A DNA stretch of 64,000 nucleotides from Acidobacteriota bacterium. Its GTDB lineage: Bacteria; Acidobacteriota; UBA6911; RPQK01; JAJDTT01. The position numbers and the translations under genes were made by a program. The notes beneath the pieces were generated by a model that ran no database searches, was not told the origin of the DNA, and was given only the letters and a program-made list of their open reading frames with translations. The DNA is taken from assembly GCA_965263035.1 (NCBI GenBank), contig OZ253580.1, positions 2,176,001 to 2,240,000 of the forward strand, read 5' to 3'. Every line of letters begins with the position of its first letter. The first letter of the stretch is position 1. Shown here in pieces: positions 32,605 to 42,812 of the stretch.

Positions 32605-34494
32605 ATGAAGAAAGCGATCCTTCTCCTCTCCTTCGTCGGGACTTTCCTCCCCCTCTCCGCCCAGAAGCTGAACCCGAAGGAGTACATTCGGGCCAATTAC
32701 AGCAAGTTCGAGTACCGGATTCCCATGCGGGATGGAGTCCGGCTCTTCACCGCCGTCTACGTGCCCAACGACCGCTCCCGGACCCATCCGATCCTGCTCT
32801 ATCGCACCCCTTACAGTTCCCGGCCCTACGGACCGGACCAGTACCGTTCCTCGCTGGGGCCCACCCCGCAATTCGCCCGGGACGGCTACATCTTCGTCTA
32901 CCAGGACGTCCGGGGCCGGTACCTGTCCGAAGGCGAGTTCGTCCAGCTGACGCCCCATCTGACGGAGAAGAGCACCCCCCAGGACATCGACGAGAGCACC
33001 GACACCTACGACACCATCGAATGGCTGATCACCCACCTGCCGGGACACAACGGACGGGTGGGTCAGTGGGGCATCTCCTACCCCGGATTCTATACGGCGG
33101 CCGGCATGATCGACTCCCATCCGGCTCTGAAGGCGGCGTCTCCCCAGGCCCCCGTGGGCGACTTCTATTTCGACGACTTCCACCATCACGGCGCCTTCTT
33201 TCTGGCCCATGCCTTCACCTTCTTCGCCCGGCACGCCAAACCGAGGCCCGAACTCACGACCGAGCCGTTGCGCCCCTTCAAATTCCCCACGCCGGACGGA
33301 TACCAGTTCTTTCTGGACCTGGGACCCCTGTCGAACATCAACCGAGTGCACCTCAAGGGTGAGATCGAATTCTGGAACCGGATGATGGAGCACCCCCGTT
33401 ACGACTCGTTCTGGCGCGAGCGGGGCATCGTCCAGCATCTCAAGAACGTTCGCTGCGCGGTCATGACCGTGGGAGGCTGGTTCGACGCCGAGGATCTGTA
33501 TGGTCCGCTCCAGATCTACCGCTCGGTGGAGCGGAACAACCCGGACATCTCCAACGTCCTGGTGATGGGTCCGTGGGCCCACGGCGACTGGGGGAGACGA
33601 TCGGGCTCGGGGCTGGGCAACGCTCGCTTCGGTTTCGACACCTCCGACTTCTACCGCGAGCGGATCATTCGTCCCTTCTTCCGCCACCACCTGAAGGGAG
33701 AGGGCAAGGCGGACCTCCCCGAGGCCTACGTCTTCGAAACCGGCGCCAATCGGTGGCGGACCTTCGATTCCTGGCCTCCCCCCTCCCTGAAGCCGCACCG
33801 CCTCTACCTCCGGGGCCAGGGGAACCTATCCTCGCAGCCTCCGGAGACCGGTCAGGAGGGTTTCGACGAGTATGTCAGCGATCCGGCCAAGCCGGTCCCC
33901 TTCAGCCAGGACATCTCTCCCGGGATGACCCGGGAGTACATGACCGACGACCAGAGATTCGCGGCCCGCCGTCCCGACGTCCTGGCCTATCAGACCCCGG
34001 TTCTGGAACAGGACCTGACCCTGGCCGGACCGTTGGAGGCCGAACTCTGGGTCTCCACCACGGCCGGGGACGCCGACTGGGTGGTGAAACTCATCGACGT
34101 TCTTCCCGACTCGGCCCCCGACAACGATCCCAATCCCGGGAGGGTTCGGTTGGGGGGCTACCAGATGATGATCCGGAGTGAAGTGATCCGCGGACGTTTC
34201 CGGAATTCCTACGAGCACCCGGAGCCCTTCGAGCCGGGCCGTCCGACCCGGGTCCGGCTTCCCTTGCAGGACGTCTTCCACACCTTCAAGGCGGGACATC
34301 GGGTCATGGTCCAGATCCAGAGCAGTTGGTTTCCCCTGGTGGACCGGAACCCCCAGAAATTCGTTCCCAACATCTTCAAGGCGGGCGATGAGGATTTCAT
34401 CCGGGCGACCCACCGGGTCTACCACTCCCCCCGGTATCCCACCCATCTGAAGCTGGGCGTGATCGAGCCGGCGGACCACACGCCGGAGCCTTGA
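32605..34494 (+). CDS. CocE/NonD family hydrolase (glutaryl-7-ACA acylase/amino acid ester hydrolase-like)
   Basis: MKK signal, IPMRDGVRL, RTPY, QDVRGRYLSEG, GISYPG, GGWFDAED, GPWAHG. Confidence 0.93.
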   Translation: MKKAILLLSFVGTFLPLSAQKLNPKEYIRANYSKFEYRIPMRDGVRLFTAVYVPNDRSRTHPILLYRTPYSSRPYGPDQYRSSLGPTPQFARDGYIFVYQDVRGRYLSEGEFVQLTPHLTEKSTPQDIDESTDTYDTIEWLITHLPGHNGRVGQWGISYPGFYTAAGMIDSHPALKAASPQAPVGDFYFDDFHHHGAFFLAHAFTFFARHAKPRPELTTEPLRPFKFPTPDGYQFFLDLGPLSNINRVHLKGEIEFWNRMMEHPRYDSFWRERGIVQHLKNVRCAVMTVGGWFDAEDLYGPLQIYRSVERNNPDISNVLVMGPWAHGDWGRRSGSGLGNARFGFDTSDFYRERIIRPFFRHHLKGEGKADLPEAYVFETGANRWRTFDSWPPPSLKPHRLYLRGQGNLSSQPPETGQEGFDEYVSDPAKPVPFSQDISPGMTREYMTDDQRFAARRPDVLAYQTPVLEQDLTLAGPLEAELWVSTTAGDADWVVKLIDVLPDSAPDNDPNPGRVRLGGYQMMIRSEVIRGRFRNSYEHPEPFEPGRPTRVRLPLQDVFHTFKAGHRVMVQIQSSWFPLVDRNPQKFVPNIFKAGDEDFIRATHRVYHSPRYPTHLKLGVIEPADHTPEP

Positions 34495-34520
34495 CTCCCT
34501 CGGGCAGGCGTGGCTAAATT
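34491..34520 (+). promoter_or_regulatory. sigma70-like promoter for the DUF1501 operon
   Basis: TTGACT-N18-TAAATT in an AT-rich patch; the -35 overlaps the upstream stop codon. Confidence 0.5.
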
Positions 34521-34535
34521 GTTGAAAAGTAAATA

Positions 34536-35897
34536 ATGTTTCGCTTGGACACCCCGCGCCCGGTTCCCTTCTGCGACGGTTTCAGCCGGCGGGATTTTCT
34601 CCATGCCGGCGCCCTGTCGTGCCTGGGCCTGAGCCTGACCGACCTGTGCAGGCTCGAGGCCCGCGGCGCCGTGGACAAGAACCGCAACGTCAATTGCATC
34701 TTTCTCTTCCTGGTGGGCGGCCCGTCCCAGATCGACACCTGGGACATGAAGCCGGAGGCCCCGTCCGAGATCCGCGGACCCTACAAGCCCATCCCCACCA
34801 ACGTCCCCGGGATCCGAATCTCGGAGATCTTTCCCCGAATGGCCCGCCGTGCGGACCGGTATGCCCTGGTTCGATCCTTCCACCACAAGGTCCCCGCCCA
34901 TCCCCTGGCCCACTACCTGGTCCAGACCGGCCGGACCTTCTCTCCCGGGATCATCTACCCCAACCTGGGCTGTGCCACCGGTTTCCTGAAGGGCACCGAG
35001 TCCGAGTTGCCCCCTCATCTGGTCCTTCCCATTCCGCTGACGTCCCGGAAGGGACAGTCCGCCGGTTTCCTGGGCAAGACCCATGATCCCTTCCTGATCC
35101 ACTCCGATCCCTCCCGGGACGACTTCCGGATTCAGGATCTGGTACCGCCGGAGTACGTCTCCGCCATCCGGGTGGAACGGGCCCGATCCTTCCGGAACGT
35201 GGTCGACCGAGCATTCCGGAACTTCGAAAACGGGAGCGCCGGCACGCGGCTCCTGGATTCCGCGTACCACCAGGCCTACGGCATCGTCTCCTCGGCCGAG
35301 GCCCGGGCGGCGTTCGACCTCCAGGCGGAGGAGGACCAGCTGCGGGACCGCTACGGGCGGAACCGGTTCGGCCAGAGCTGCCTCCTGGCGCGGCGTCTGG
35401 TGGAGTCGGGCGTCCGTTTCGTGACCATCAACATGTTCGACGATTTCGGGGGCGGCATCTCCTGGGACGTCCACGGGTCGTCTCCTTTCAGTCCCATCAC
35501 CGAGCTGGACAAGCTGGGATCCATGTTCGACAACGCCTACACTTCCCTGATCGAGGACCTCCACGACCGGGGACTGCTGGACGAGACCCTGGTGGTGGCC
35601 ATGGGAGAATTCGGGAGGACTCCCAAGATCAACCCGGCCGGGGGACGGGACCACTGGCCGTCGGTCTCCACCATCATCCTGGCGGGAGGGGGCATCCAGG
35701 GCGGACAGGTGGTCGGTTCTTCGGATCGAATCGCCGCGGAGCCTCGCGATCGGCCCGTGGGACCCCAGGAAGTCCTGGCCACCATCTACAAATCCCTGGG
35801 GATCGACCTCCACACCGAGCTGCCCGGTCCCCAGAGCCGGCCCATTCCCATCGTGGACATCGGCGTGGAGCCGATTCACGAACTCTTTGGCGCCTGA
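34536..35897 (+). CDS. DUF1501 domain protein
   Basis: CDGFSRRDFL, GGPSQIDTWDMKP, WDVHG, GEFGRTPKIN, GRDHW. Confidence 0.92.
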   Translation: MFRLDTPRPVPFCDGFSRRDFLHAGALSCLGLSLTDLCRLEARGAVDKNRNVNCIFLFLVGGPSQIDTWDMKPEAPSEIRGPYKPIPTNVPGIRISEIFPRMARRADRYALVRSFHHKVPAHPLAHYLVQTGRTFSPGIIYPNLGCATGFLKGTESELPPHLVLPIPLTSRKGQSAGFLGKTHDPFLIHSDPSRDDFRIQDLVPPEYVSAIRVERARSFRNVVDRAFRNFENGSAGTRLLDSAYHQAYGIVSSAEARAAFDLQAEEDQLRDRYGRNRFGQSCLLARRLVESGVRFVTINMFDDFGGGISWDVHGSSPFSPITELDKLGSMFDNAYTSLIEDLHDRGLLDETLVVAMGEFGRTPKINPAGGRDHWPSVSTIILAGGGIQGGQVVGSSDRIAAEPRDRPVGPQEVLATIYKSLGIDLHTELPGPQSRPIPIVDIGVEPIHELFGA

Positions 35898-38338
35898 TGA
35901 TCTGGCTTTTCTGTCTTTTGGCGGGTGCACTCCTCCAAGCCGAGCCCGAACCGCTCAGGCTGCTTCCGGAGGAGATCGTTCTCTCGGGACCCAGAGCTAC
36001 CCAACGGCTGGTGGTGGTGGAGTCGGCGGCCGGCGAGGGATCGGTCCGGGACTGGACGGACGAAGCGCGTTTCGTGGTTGCGGACCCGGCGGTCGCTGCG
36101 ATGCAGGGACCGGCCACGGTCACGTCCGTCTCGGATGGAAGCACCACCCTCCAGACCCATCTGCCGGACGGACGCAAGGCGAGCGTCCGGATCCGGGTCC
36201 TAGGGTCCACTAAACCCTTTCGGTGGAGCTTTCGAAACCACGTACTGCCGGCTCTCACCAAAGCCGGATGCAATTCAGGCTCCTGCCACGGGGCGGCCTC
36301 GGGGCAGAACTACCTGAAGCTGAGCCTGAGGGGCTACGCTCCCGAAGCCGATCATGCGGCGCTCACCCGGGAGGGAGCTGGCCGGCGAGTCCTGACGCTG
36401 CAACCGGCTCGAAGCCTCATGCTTCTGAAGCCCACCCTGGCGGTCCCCCACGGCGGCGGCCGGCGCCTGGCGGTGCCCTCCCGGAACTACCAGGTGCTGT
36501 CCGAGTGGATTGCCACGGGAGCCGCACCCCCGCGGCCGACGGACCGGCGGGTCGCAAGCCTCCGGGTGCTCCCGCCGCGCCTCCGGCTCCAACCCGGGCA
36601 ACGGCATGGGATCCTGGTTCAGGCCGTCTTCGATGACGGGGCCCGGGAGGACGTGACCCACTGGGCCAAATTTTCCTCCACCGACTCGGGCATTCTGAGC
36701 GTCAGCGAGACGGGAGTGACTGAGGCCCGGGGTCCGGGAGAGGCTTCGGTCTCCGTCTGGTGCCTGGACCAAGTGGCCGCAGCCAGGGTCACGATTCCCA
36801 TCGCGAAAGGATTCTCCCCTGACGTCTACGCCAGCGCTCCCCGCTACAACCGGATCGACGATCTGGTCCTGGAAAAGCTGGAAGACCTGGGGCTCCCACC
36901 CTACCGGCTCTCCAACGACCATCATTTCGTCCGCCGAGCCTACCTGGACACCATCGGAGTCCTGCCCGGCATCCGGGAGGCAAAGCAGTTCGTTCAGGAC
37001 TCGAATCCGGACAAGCGGGCGAGCTTGATCGATTCCCTGCTGGAGCGGCCTGAGTTCGTGGACTACTGGACCTACAAGTGGTGTGACCTGCTGTTGGTCT
37101 CCAGCAGCAAGCTGAAGGCCCCCGCCTACCGGATCTTTTACGACTGGATCCGTGAGAGCGTGGCCGAGAACAAGCCCTGGGACCGCTTCGTCCGGGAGCT
37201 CGTGATCGCCTCGGGGAGCAACTACCGAAACGGGGCCGCCAACTACTGGGTGATGCACGACGAGGCCACCAAGGCGACGGAAAACATCACCCACACCTTT
37301 CTGGGGATCTCCGTGGCCTGCGCCCGCTGCCACAATCACCCCCTGGACAAATGGACGCAGGAGGACTACTACGGGCTCTCCAGCTTCTTCTCCCGGGTGG
37401 GGCGCAAACCGGGAGATCGGGGAGACGTGATCGTTTTCGAGAGCCTGACCGGAGAAGTCCCCTTCCCGGGACGGCAGAGTGCGCTCCCTCCGCGCCCTCT
37501 GGAGGGGAACCCGCTGGCCGAGAACGCTTCCGGCAACCGGCGGCAACACTTCGCCGACTGGCTGACCTCGCCGGAAAACCGCTACTTCCTGCGGGCCACC
37601 GTGAACCGGGTCTGGCACCACTTCCTGGGCCGGGGCCTGGTGGAGCCGGTGGACGACCTCCGGCAGACCAACCCCGCCTCCAATGAAGACCTGATGGACG
37701 CCTTGATCCAGGACTTCACGAAACATGGCTTCGACCTCCGGCATCTGATCCGGACCATCATGAACTCGGCAACCTATCAGGCCGGCGCCGGAGGCAGCGG
37801 TCCAGGGGAACTGGCGGAGAAGTACCACTCGCGCTTCCACATCCGCCGGCTGCCGGCCGAAGTGATCCTGGACATGATCTGCCAGGTCACGGGCGTGCCG
37901 GAGCGCTTTCCCGGATTTCCCCCCGGCACCCGGGCCCTACAACTCCCCGACACCCGCGTGGCCTCCAACTTCCTCTCGACCTTCGGCCGGCCGCCGCGGG
38001 AGATCAATGCCCATGCCGAACGGGTGAAGGAGCCCACGGTGAACCAGGCCCTCAATCTGATTCATGGAGAAGGGCTCCACCAGAAGCTCCGGTCGAAATC
38101 CGGGACCTTGAGCCGGGCCCTGGAGCAGGGGCTCACCCGGCAGCAGGTGATCCAAGACCTGTACTGGGCCGCCCTGAGCCGGCCTCCGGCCGAGGCTGAG
38201 ATGAGGGAATTGTTGGAAACCCTGGGTCCCTCCCAGTCCGAATCTTCCAGCGGCGAGATCACGGACGCGGATCGGAGCGGACTGGTGGACTTGGCTCTGG
38301 GAATCCTCACCAGCAAGGAATTCCTCTTCAACCACTGA
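35897..38338 (+). CDS. Ig-like (Big_2) + DUF1549/DUF1553 protein
   Basis: SFRNHVLP, GCNSGSCHG, CARCHNHP, GRGLVEPVDD, EFLFNH; TGATG coupling. Confidence 0.9.
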   Translation: MIWLFCLLAGALLQAEPEPLRLLPEEIVLSGPRATQRLVVVESAAGEGSVRDWTDEARFVVADPAVAAMQGPATVTSVSDGSTTLQTHLPDGRKASVRIRVLGSTKPFRWSFRNHVLPALTKAGCNSGSCHGAASGQNYLKLSLRGYAPEADHAALTREGAGRRVLTLQPARSLMLLKPTLAVPHGGGRRLAVPSRNYQVLSEWIATGAAPPRPTDRRVASLRVLPPRLRLQPGQRHGILVQAVFDDGAREDVTHWAKFSSTDSGILSVSETGVTEARGPGEASVSVWCLDQVAAARVTIPIAKGFSPDVYASAPRYNRIDDLVLEKLEDLGLPPYRLSNDHHFVRRAYLDTIGVLPGIREAKQFVQDSNPDKRASLIDSLLERPEFVDYWTYKWCDLLLVSSSKLKAPAYRIFYDWIRESVAENKPWDRFVRELVIASGSNYRNGAANYWVMHDEATKATENITHTFLGISVACARCHNHPLDKWTQEDYYGLSSFFSRVGRKPGDRGDVIVFESLTGEVPFPGRQSALPPRPLEGNPLAENASGNRRQHFADWLTSPENRYFLRATVNRVWHHFLGRGLVEPVDDLRQTNPASNEDLMDALIQDFTKHGFDLRHLIRTIMNSATYQAGAGGSGPGELAEKYHSRFHIRRLPAEVILDMICQVTGVPERFPGFPPGTRALQLPDTRVASNFLSTFGRPPREINAHAERVKEPTVNQALNLIHGEGLHQKLRSKSGTLSRALEQGLTRQQVIQDLYWAALSRPPAEAEMRELLETLGPSQSESSSGEITDADRSGLVDLALGILTSKEFLFNH

Positions 38339-40755
38339 TGCGAACTCCTGCCGGCAGCCTGATTCTCAGTCTTCTGCTTCAAGTTCCGGGGTACCCGGCG
38401 GGGAAAGGCGCCGCCACCGGCCTGGAGTTCTCCCCTTCTCCCATCGTCTATCAGGTCAGCCCCCTGGGAGCACAGGTCGGCGCCTCGACCTGGATCACCG
38501 TGGAGGGGATCAACCTGGAGGATTCGCCTCGCCTCATCTTCAGCCGGAAGGGAGTCGAGGCCACCGCCACGGCGATCGAACCGGCTCCCAATCCTCCCTA
38601 TCGAACCCCCCGGCAACGGGTCCGGATTCGGTTGGACGTGGATTCCGAGGCGGAGATCGGAAGCCATGGATTTCGGATGAAGACCGTCTACGGCACCAGC
38701 AACTGGGTGCGCTTCGCCCTGGGAACGCTGCCCCAGATCGAAGCCATGGAGCCCGAGGAGAAACACCCGGATGGCAGGGAGATCACGCTTCCCGTCACCG
38801 TCGAGGGGCGGCTCGACCGGGGAACCCGGGGAGACGTTTTCCGCTTCCGCGGCGAGTCGGGACAGGAACTGGTTTTTCGAGTGGAAGCGTCCTCCCTGGG
38901 ATCCCGGATGGACTCGGTGCTGGAGTTCATGGACGGCGAGGGCCAGGTTCTGGCCCGAAACGACAACTTCTTCCCCGGGAGCGTGGACTCGGTGCTGGCC
39001 GTCACCTGTCCCCGCGACGGCGAATACCGGATTCGCATCTCCGACCGGGCAGGACGGGGAGGACGCGCTTTCGCCTATCGTCTGACTTTAGGCCGGCTCC
39101 CCTTCCTGACAGGCGTCTTCCCCCTGGGGTTGCGCCGGGGGAGCCGAGAAGAGCTGGCCGTCACCGGCCACAACCTGGGAGGCCGGACAACGATCCGATG
39201 GGACGATCTCCCTCCGGACACAGGGAAGGACACTCTCCAGGTCCGGCTCCGAACCCCTCTGGGGCCGAGCCTCAACACCCTGCCCGTGGTTCTGGGGGAC
39301 ACTCCCGAGATCCTGGAGGCGGAACCCAACGACGCGGTGACGAACGCCCAGCCGCTCCCGGTTCCGGTGACCGTGAACGGCCGCACCGGCGCTCCCGGCG
39401 ACCAGGATCTGTTCTCTTTCGCGGCTCGCCGGGACGAAACCCTGATTCTGGAAGTCTGGGCCCGCCGCCTCTCTTCTCCCCTTGACTCGGTTCTGCAGGT
39501 GCTGGACGTGGAGGGACGGCCGGTTCCCGGAGCCGTCCTGGAAGTGTTGTCCGAGGACTTCCACGACGGCACGTTGAGCGCGAGCAATCTCTTTCTGAAC
39601 CGCTTCGGATTGAAGGACGACACCCGCTACTACCCCCTGGATTTCGTTCTCCTGGACCGGAGGGAGCTGATCCGCCTGGAACGCTCCATCCGCCGGGCGG
39701 ACCACTTTTCGGTGGCCCAGGGCATCCTGGGAAAACGGATCAGCTGGCTGGGGACGGACCCTCAGAATCATCCCATCAACGGAAGCGTCCACAAGGTCCT
39801 GGTGCGGGATCCCGGCACTCCCGTGAGCGAGGAACTCTTTCCTGCCGTGACCCTCCCCTACCGGAACGACGACGGCGGGCCGCTGACGGGGAAAGACTCC
39901 TATCTCCTGTTCCGGGCTCGTATGGACGGAACCTACCTGGCCCAGCTGGGCGGCCTGGGCGGCGCCGGTGGTCCCCGGTATGCCTACCGCCTCACCATCC
40001 GGCGGGCCGAACCCGACTTTCGGCTCTTTCTGGACGATGGATATCTGCTCTATATAGACGGGCGGGCCACCGGAGCTCGAAACCCCAACGTGCCCCGGGG
40101 CGGCAGCGTGCCCCTGACCGTTTCGGCGGCTCGCACGGAGGGTTTCGAGGGTCCTATTCGGGTCCGGTTGGAGGATCTGCCTCCGGGATTTCACGCCACC
40201 GAGGGACTCATCCGGCCTCGGGAGATGGTCACCACCCTGGTTCTCTCGGCCCTGGAGACCGCGCAGGAACCGGACGAACCATTTCGACTTCGGGTCGTGG
40301 GCGAGGCGGTCATCGGCGGGCGGACCGTCAGCCGCACTGCGACCGACCCGGCGGAGCCCCTGAATCTGGTGTCCCTGGCGCCCAGTCCTCCCATCGTTCC
40401 CCGGATTGAACCGCCCAATCCGGTCATCCGGCCCGGCGAGAACATCCGGTTGACCATTCACATTCAGCGGAATCACGGCTTCCGTCTGGATGTGCCCTTC
40501 ATCCTCCAGAACCGGCCGGCCGGCATCTGGGTCGAGGACAGTGGATCCAACGGAATCGTGATCTCGAAGGACGAGACGAGCCGGACGCTGACGCTGAGAG
40601 CGGATCCCTGGGTCGAGCCCATGACCTTTCCGCTTCTGGCCGTGGGGCGGATCAAGAGCGAGGCGGTTCGCAAGCGGAGGAGCGGAGCCAAGGCGGAGTC
40701 GGCCGATTACACCACCCTGCCCCTCCCGGTCAGGGTGGCGCCCCGGGAGGATTGA
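38338..40755 (+). CDS. PPC (pre-peptidase C-terminal) repeat protein
   Basis: EAEPND, DVFRF/DLFSF, DSVL, YRL repeats; TGATG coupling. Confidence 0.82.
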   Translation: MRTPAGSLILSLLLQVPGYPAGKGAATGLEFSPSPIVYQVSPLGAQVGASTWITVEGINLEDSPRLIFSRKGVEATATAIEPAPNPPYRTPRQRVRIRLDVDSEAEIGSHGFRMKTVYGTSNWVRFALGTLPQIEAMEPEEKHPDGREITLPVTVEGRLDRGTRGDVFRFRGESGQELVFRVEASSLGSRMDSVLEFMDGEGQVLARNDNFFPGSVDSVLAVTCPRDGEYRIRISDRAGRGGRAFAYRLTLGRLPFLTGVFPLGLRRGSREELAVTGHNLGGRTTIRWDDLPPDTGKDTLQVRLRTPLGPSLNTLPVVLGDTPEILEAEPNDAVTNAQPLPVPVTVNGRTGAPGDQDLFSFAARRDETLILEVWARRLSSPLDSVLQVLDVEGRPVPGAVLEVLSEDFHDGTLSASNLFLNRFGLKDDTRYYPLDFVLLDRRELIRLERSIRRADHFSVAQGILGKRISWLGTDPQNHPINGSVHKVLVRDPGTPVSEELFPAVTLPYRNDDGGPLTGKDSYLLFRARMDGTYLAQLGGLGGAGGPRYAYRLTIRRAEPDFRLFLDDGYLLYIDGRATGARNPNVPRGGSVPLTVSAARTEGFEGPIRVRLEDLPPGFHATEGLIRPREMVTTLVLSALETAQEPDEPFRLRVVGEAVIGGRTVSRTATDPAEPLNLVSLAPSPPIVPRIEPPNPVIRPGENIRLTIHIQRNHGFRLDVPFILQNRPAGIWVEDSGSNGIVISKDETSRTLTLRADPWVEPMTFPLLAVGRIKSEAVRKRRSGAKAESADYTTLPLPVRVAPRED

Positions 40756-40773
40756 CGTGGCCGGGAATTCGCA

Positions 40774-41397
40774 TCAGAAACCGATGGTCCGGTTGCCGGG
40801 CAGCCGAACCTGGCCGCCGATGAGCCGGTTGCCGCTCTTCTTGCTCTTGAGATAGAAGAAACCCTCGACGGTCTGGCCTGGAGCCACGCTGGCCGCCTGG
40901 ATCTCGTACCGGTCCAACAGCTCCCGGAGCTCCTTCACCTTTCCCACGTGGACGATGCCCGGGCCGCCCCCGCCACCGATCGTGGTCCTCCTCTCCCCGT
41001 AAGGACGCCGTCGGGGACTGAAGACGGGACCGCCGGCTGAGGTCCGCAGGCTGACGCCGGGGCCGCCGCCACCACCCTGATAGTACTTGACCATCTTGGG
41101 CGTGAGCTCGGCGGCGCCGACGCGTTTGAGGGTCTTCCCCTTGGGATCGTGGACCGTCATCCGTTCAGGGTCCAACGAGAAACCGGCGGTGGAAGCGTTG
41201 CGGACCTGAACCCGCACAACGGCAAATCCCTCATGGAAGACCTGGTAGGGGAAGTCGTCGGGAAGATCTCTACGGACCACGGAGGCGGCTGAAACGAAGA
41301 TCCCCTTCTCGATCTCCACCTCGTCCGCTTGGACGGTCCCGGACAGAAGGAAAAGGGTGGCTGCGAGAATCGGACCCACGGACAGTGTCTTTCTCAT
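40774..41397 (-). CDS. Secreted hypothetical protein
   Basis: MRK + hydrophobic segment + VQA signal; GGAGG SD at the end of the upstream gene. Confidence 0.7.
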   Translation of the reverse strand: MRKTLSVGPILAATLFLLSGTVQADEVEIEKGIFVSAASVVRRDLPDDFPYQVFHEGFAVVRVQVRNASTAGFSLDPERMTVHDPKGKTLKRVGAAELTPKMVKYYQGGGGGPGVSLRTSAGGPVFSPRRRPYGERRTTIGGGGGPGIVHVGKVKELRELLDRYEIQAASVAPGQTVEGFFYLKSKKSGNRLIGGQVRLPGNRTIGF

Positions 41398-41402
41398 GGC
41401 AT

Positions 41403-42533
41403 CTATTCCTCCACTGTCAATCGGGCGCAACGGATGTGGGTGATGCAGGCCTGGGTGCACCACCAACTGGCCAGGAGGTCTCCTCCCGGCAGACGAACCA
41501 GATTGGGCTTGCCGAAGGCGATGTTGTCATGACTGGCCGGATACTCCGGCTTGCGGTCGACGCCCAGGAACTCCTGCCCCACGGCGTCCCAGACCATCAC
41601 CTGGTGTTCCAGGTCCCAGGTCCGGCCCCCGTCTTCGCTCAGAGTCACCAGGACACCCGGCTTCATCCTCTCCCGAATCGAGTAGGCCGCCCCCAGGACC
41701 CCCTCTCCCAGATCCGCGGCCCAACTCGTCTGGGCCGGAATGGTGGTGGGCAGGGGCTTCTCCCAGCGGGCTCCCGAGGTGTCGGAACGGACGAAATGGA
41801 GGGGATAATTCTCCTGCCCGCCGATGCTCTGGGTCCATTGAAGGGCACAGATGCGGCCGTCCAACATCCGGCTGTAGCGGCTGTGAGAGTACATCCGGGA
41901 CGGGTCGGACGCACTGGGGAAATCGATCTGCTCCCCCCAGGTCGACCCGCCGTCCCTGGAGAACAGGGCAGAGCCCCTGATGTGCAGGGGGGACGTGTCG
42001 TTCCACGATTTCCAGCGCTCCAACGCCAGGAACAGGGAACCGTCATTGAGTTCGATCACGTTGGACGGAGCGTCCGCCACTCCTCCGCCTCCCACTTCGA
42101 TCACCTGGGGAGGGGACCAGGTCCGGCCCAGGTCCGCAGAGCGAAACAGCACCAGCTCGAAGGGCTTCAGACCTCCGGTCTCGGGATTGAACCGGAACAT
42201 CTGATCCTGCGTGGCTCGAAAACGGTGGGCCACCAGAAGCAGCGTCCCGTCCCGGAGGAGCGTCCCGTGGGGGGCGCTGTAGGAATGGGGCGTGCTCTCC
42301 TGTTGCGGGTCCCAGAGATCCCCCTCCTCGACCCAGGTCTCGCCGCCGTCCTCGGACCGGAGCAGGGCCAGCCTTCCGTCCAGGGAGTAGAACGCCTGGC
42401 CCAACCGGTAGAAACAGAGCAGTTCCCGTTCCGAGATGGGGACCACGTTGGGGAGATAGGCGCAGACGGCTTGATGTCCGGGATGAAGATTGCGGTAGAG
42501 AATGGACTCGGAAACGATTCTCAGCCGCCTCAC
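41403..42533 (-). CDS. Sialidase/BNR-repeat (Asp-box) protein
   Basis: SEDGGETW, SADLGRTW, SRDGGSTW, SEDGGRTW; GTG start at 42533 behind TTGACC-N18-CATAGT-N6. Confidence 0.85.
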   Translation of the reverse strand: MRRLRIVSESILYRNLHPGHQAVCAYLPNVVPISERELLCFYRLGQAFYSLDGRLALLRSEDGGETWVEEGDLWDPQQESTPHSYSAPHGTLLRDGTLLLVAHRFRATQDQMFRFNPETGGLKPFELVLFRSADLGRTWSPPQVIEVGGGGVADAPSNVIELNDGSLFLALERWKSWNDTSPLHIRGSALFSRDGGSTWGEQIDFPSASDPSRMYSHSRYSRMLDGRICALQWTQSIGGQENYPLHFVRSDTSGARWEKPLPTTIPAQTSWAADLGEGVLGAAYSIRERMKPGVLVTLSEDGGRTWDLEHQVMVWDAVGQEFLGVDRKPEYPASHDNIAFGKPNLVRLPGGDLLASWWCTQACITHIRCARLTVEE

Positions 42534-42812
42534 GCCAACACTATGACCGAGAGGGAGTACCAGGGTCAACGATGGGCTCGGTATCCATCATCGAGGACTG
42601 CCGGCAACCCCATCAGAAGGCTTCCCCATGCAGGTCCGGGACTTCGCGGACCCTTCAGAAAAAGACCCGCGCCGGACTGAAACCAAAGTGCGAGTTGAGT
42701 AGAATGAACCCCGGTTGGCTCTTCCTCCGGCGCAGGACGAGTCAGCTTAGAGCCTGCCGGGCGCCCAAACGCTCGGCGGGCTCGCTTCCAAGCTCGCCCG
42801 ACTCAAGGACCA

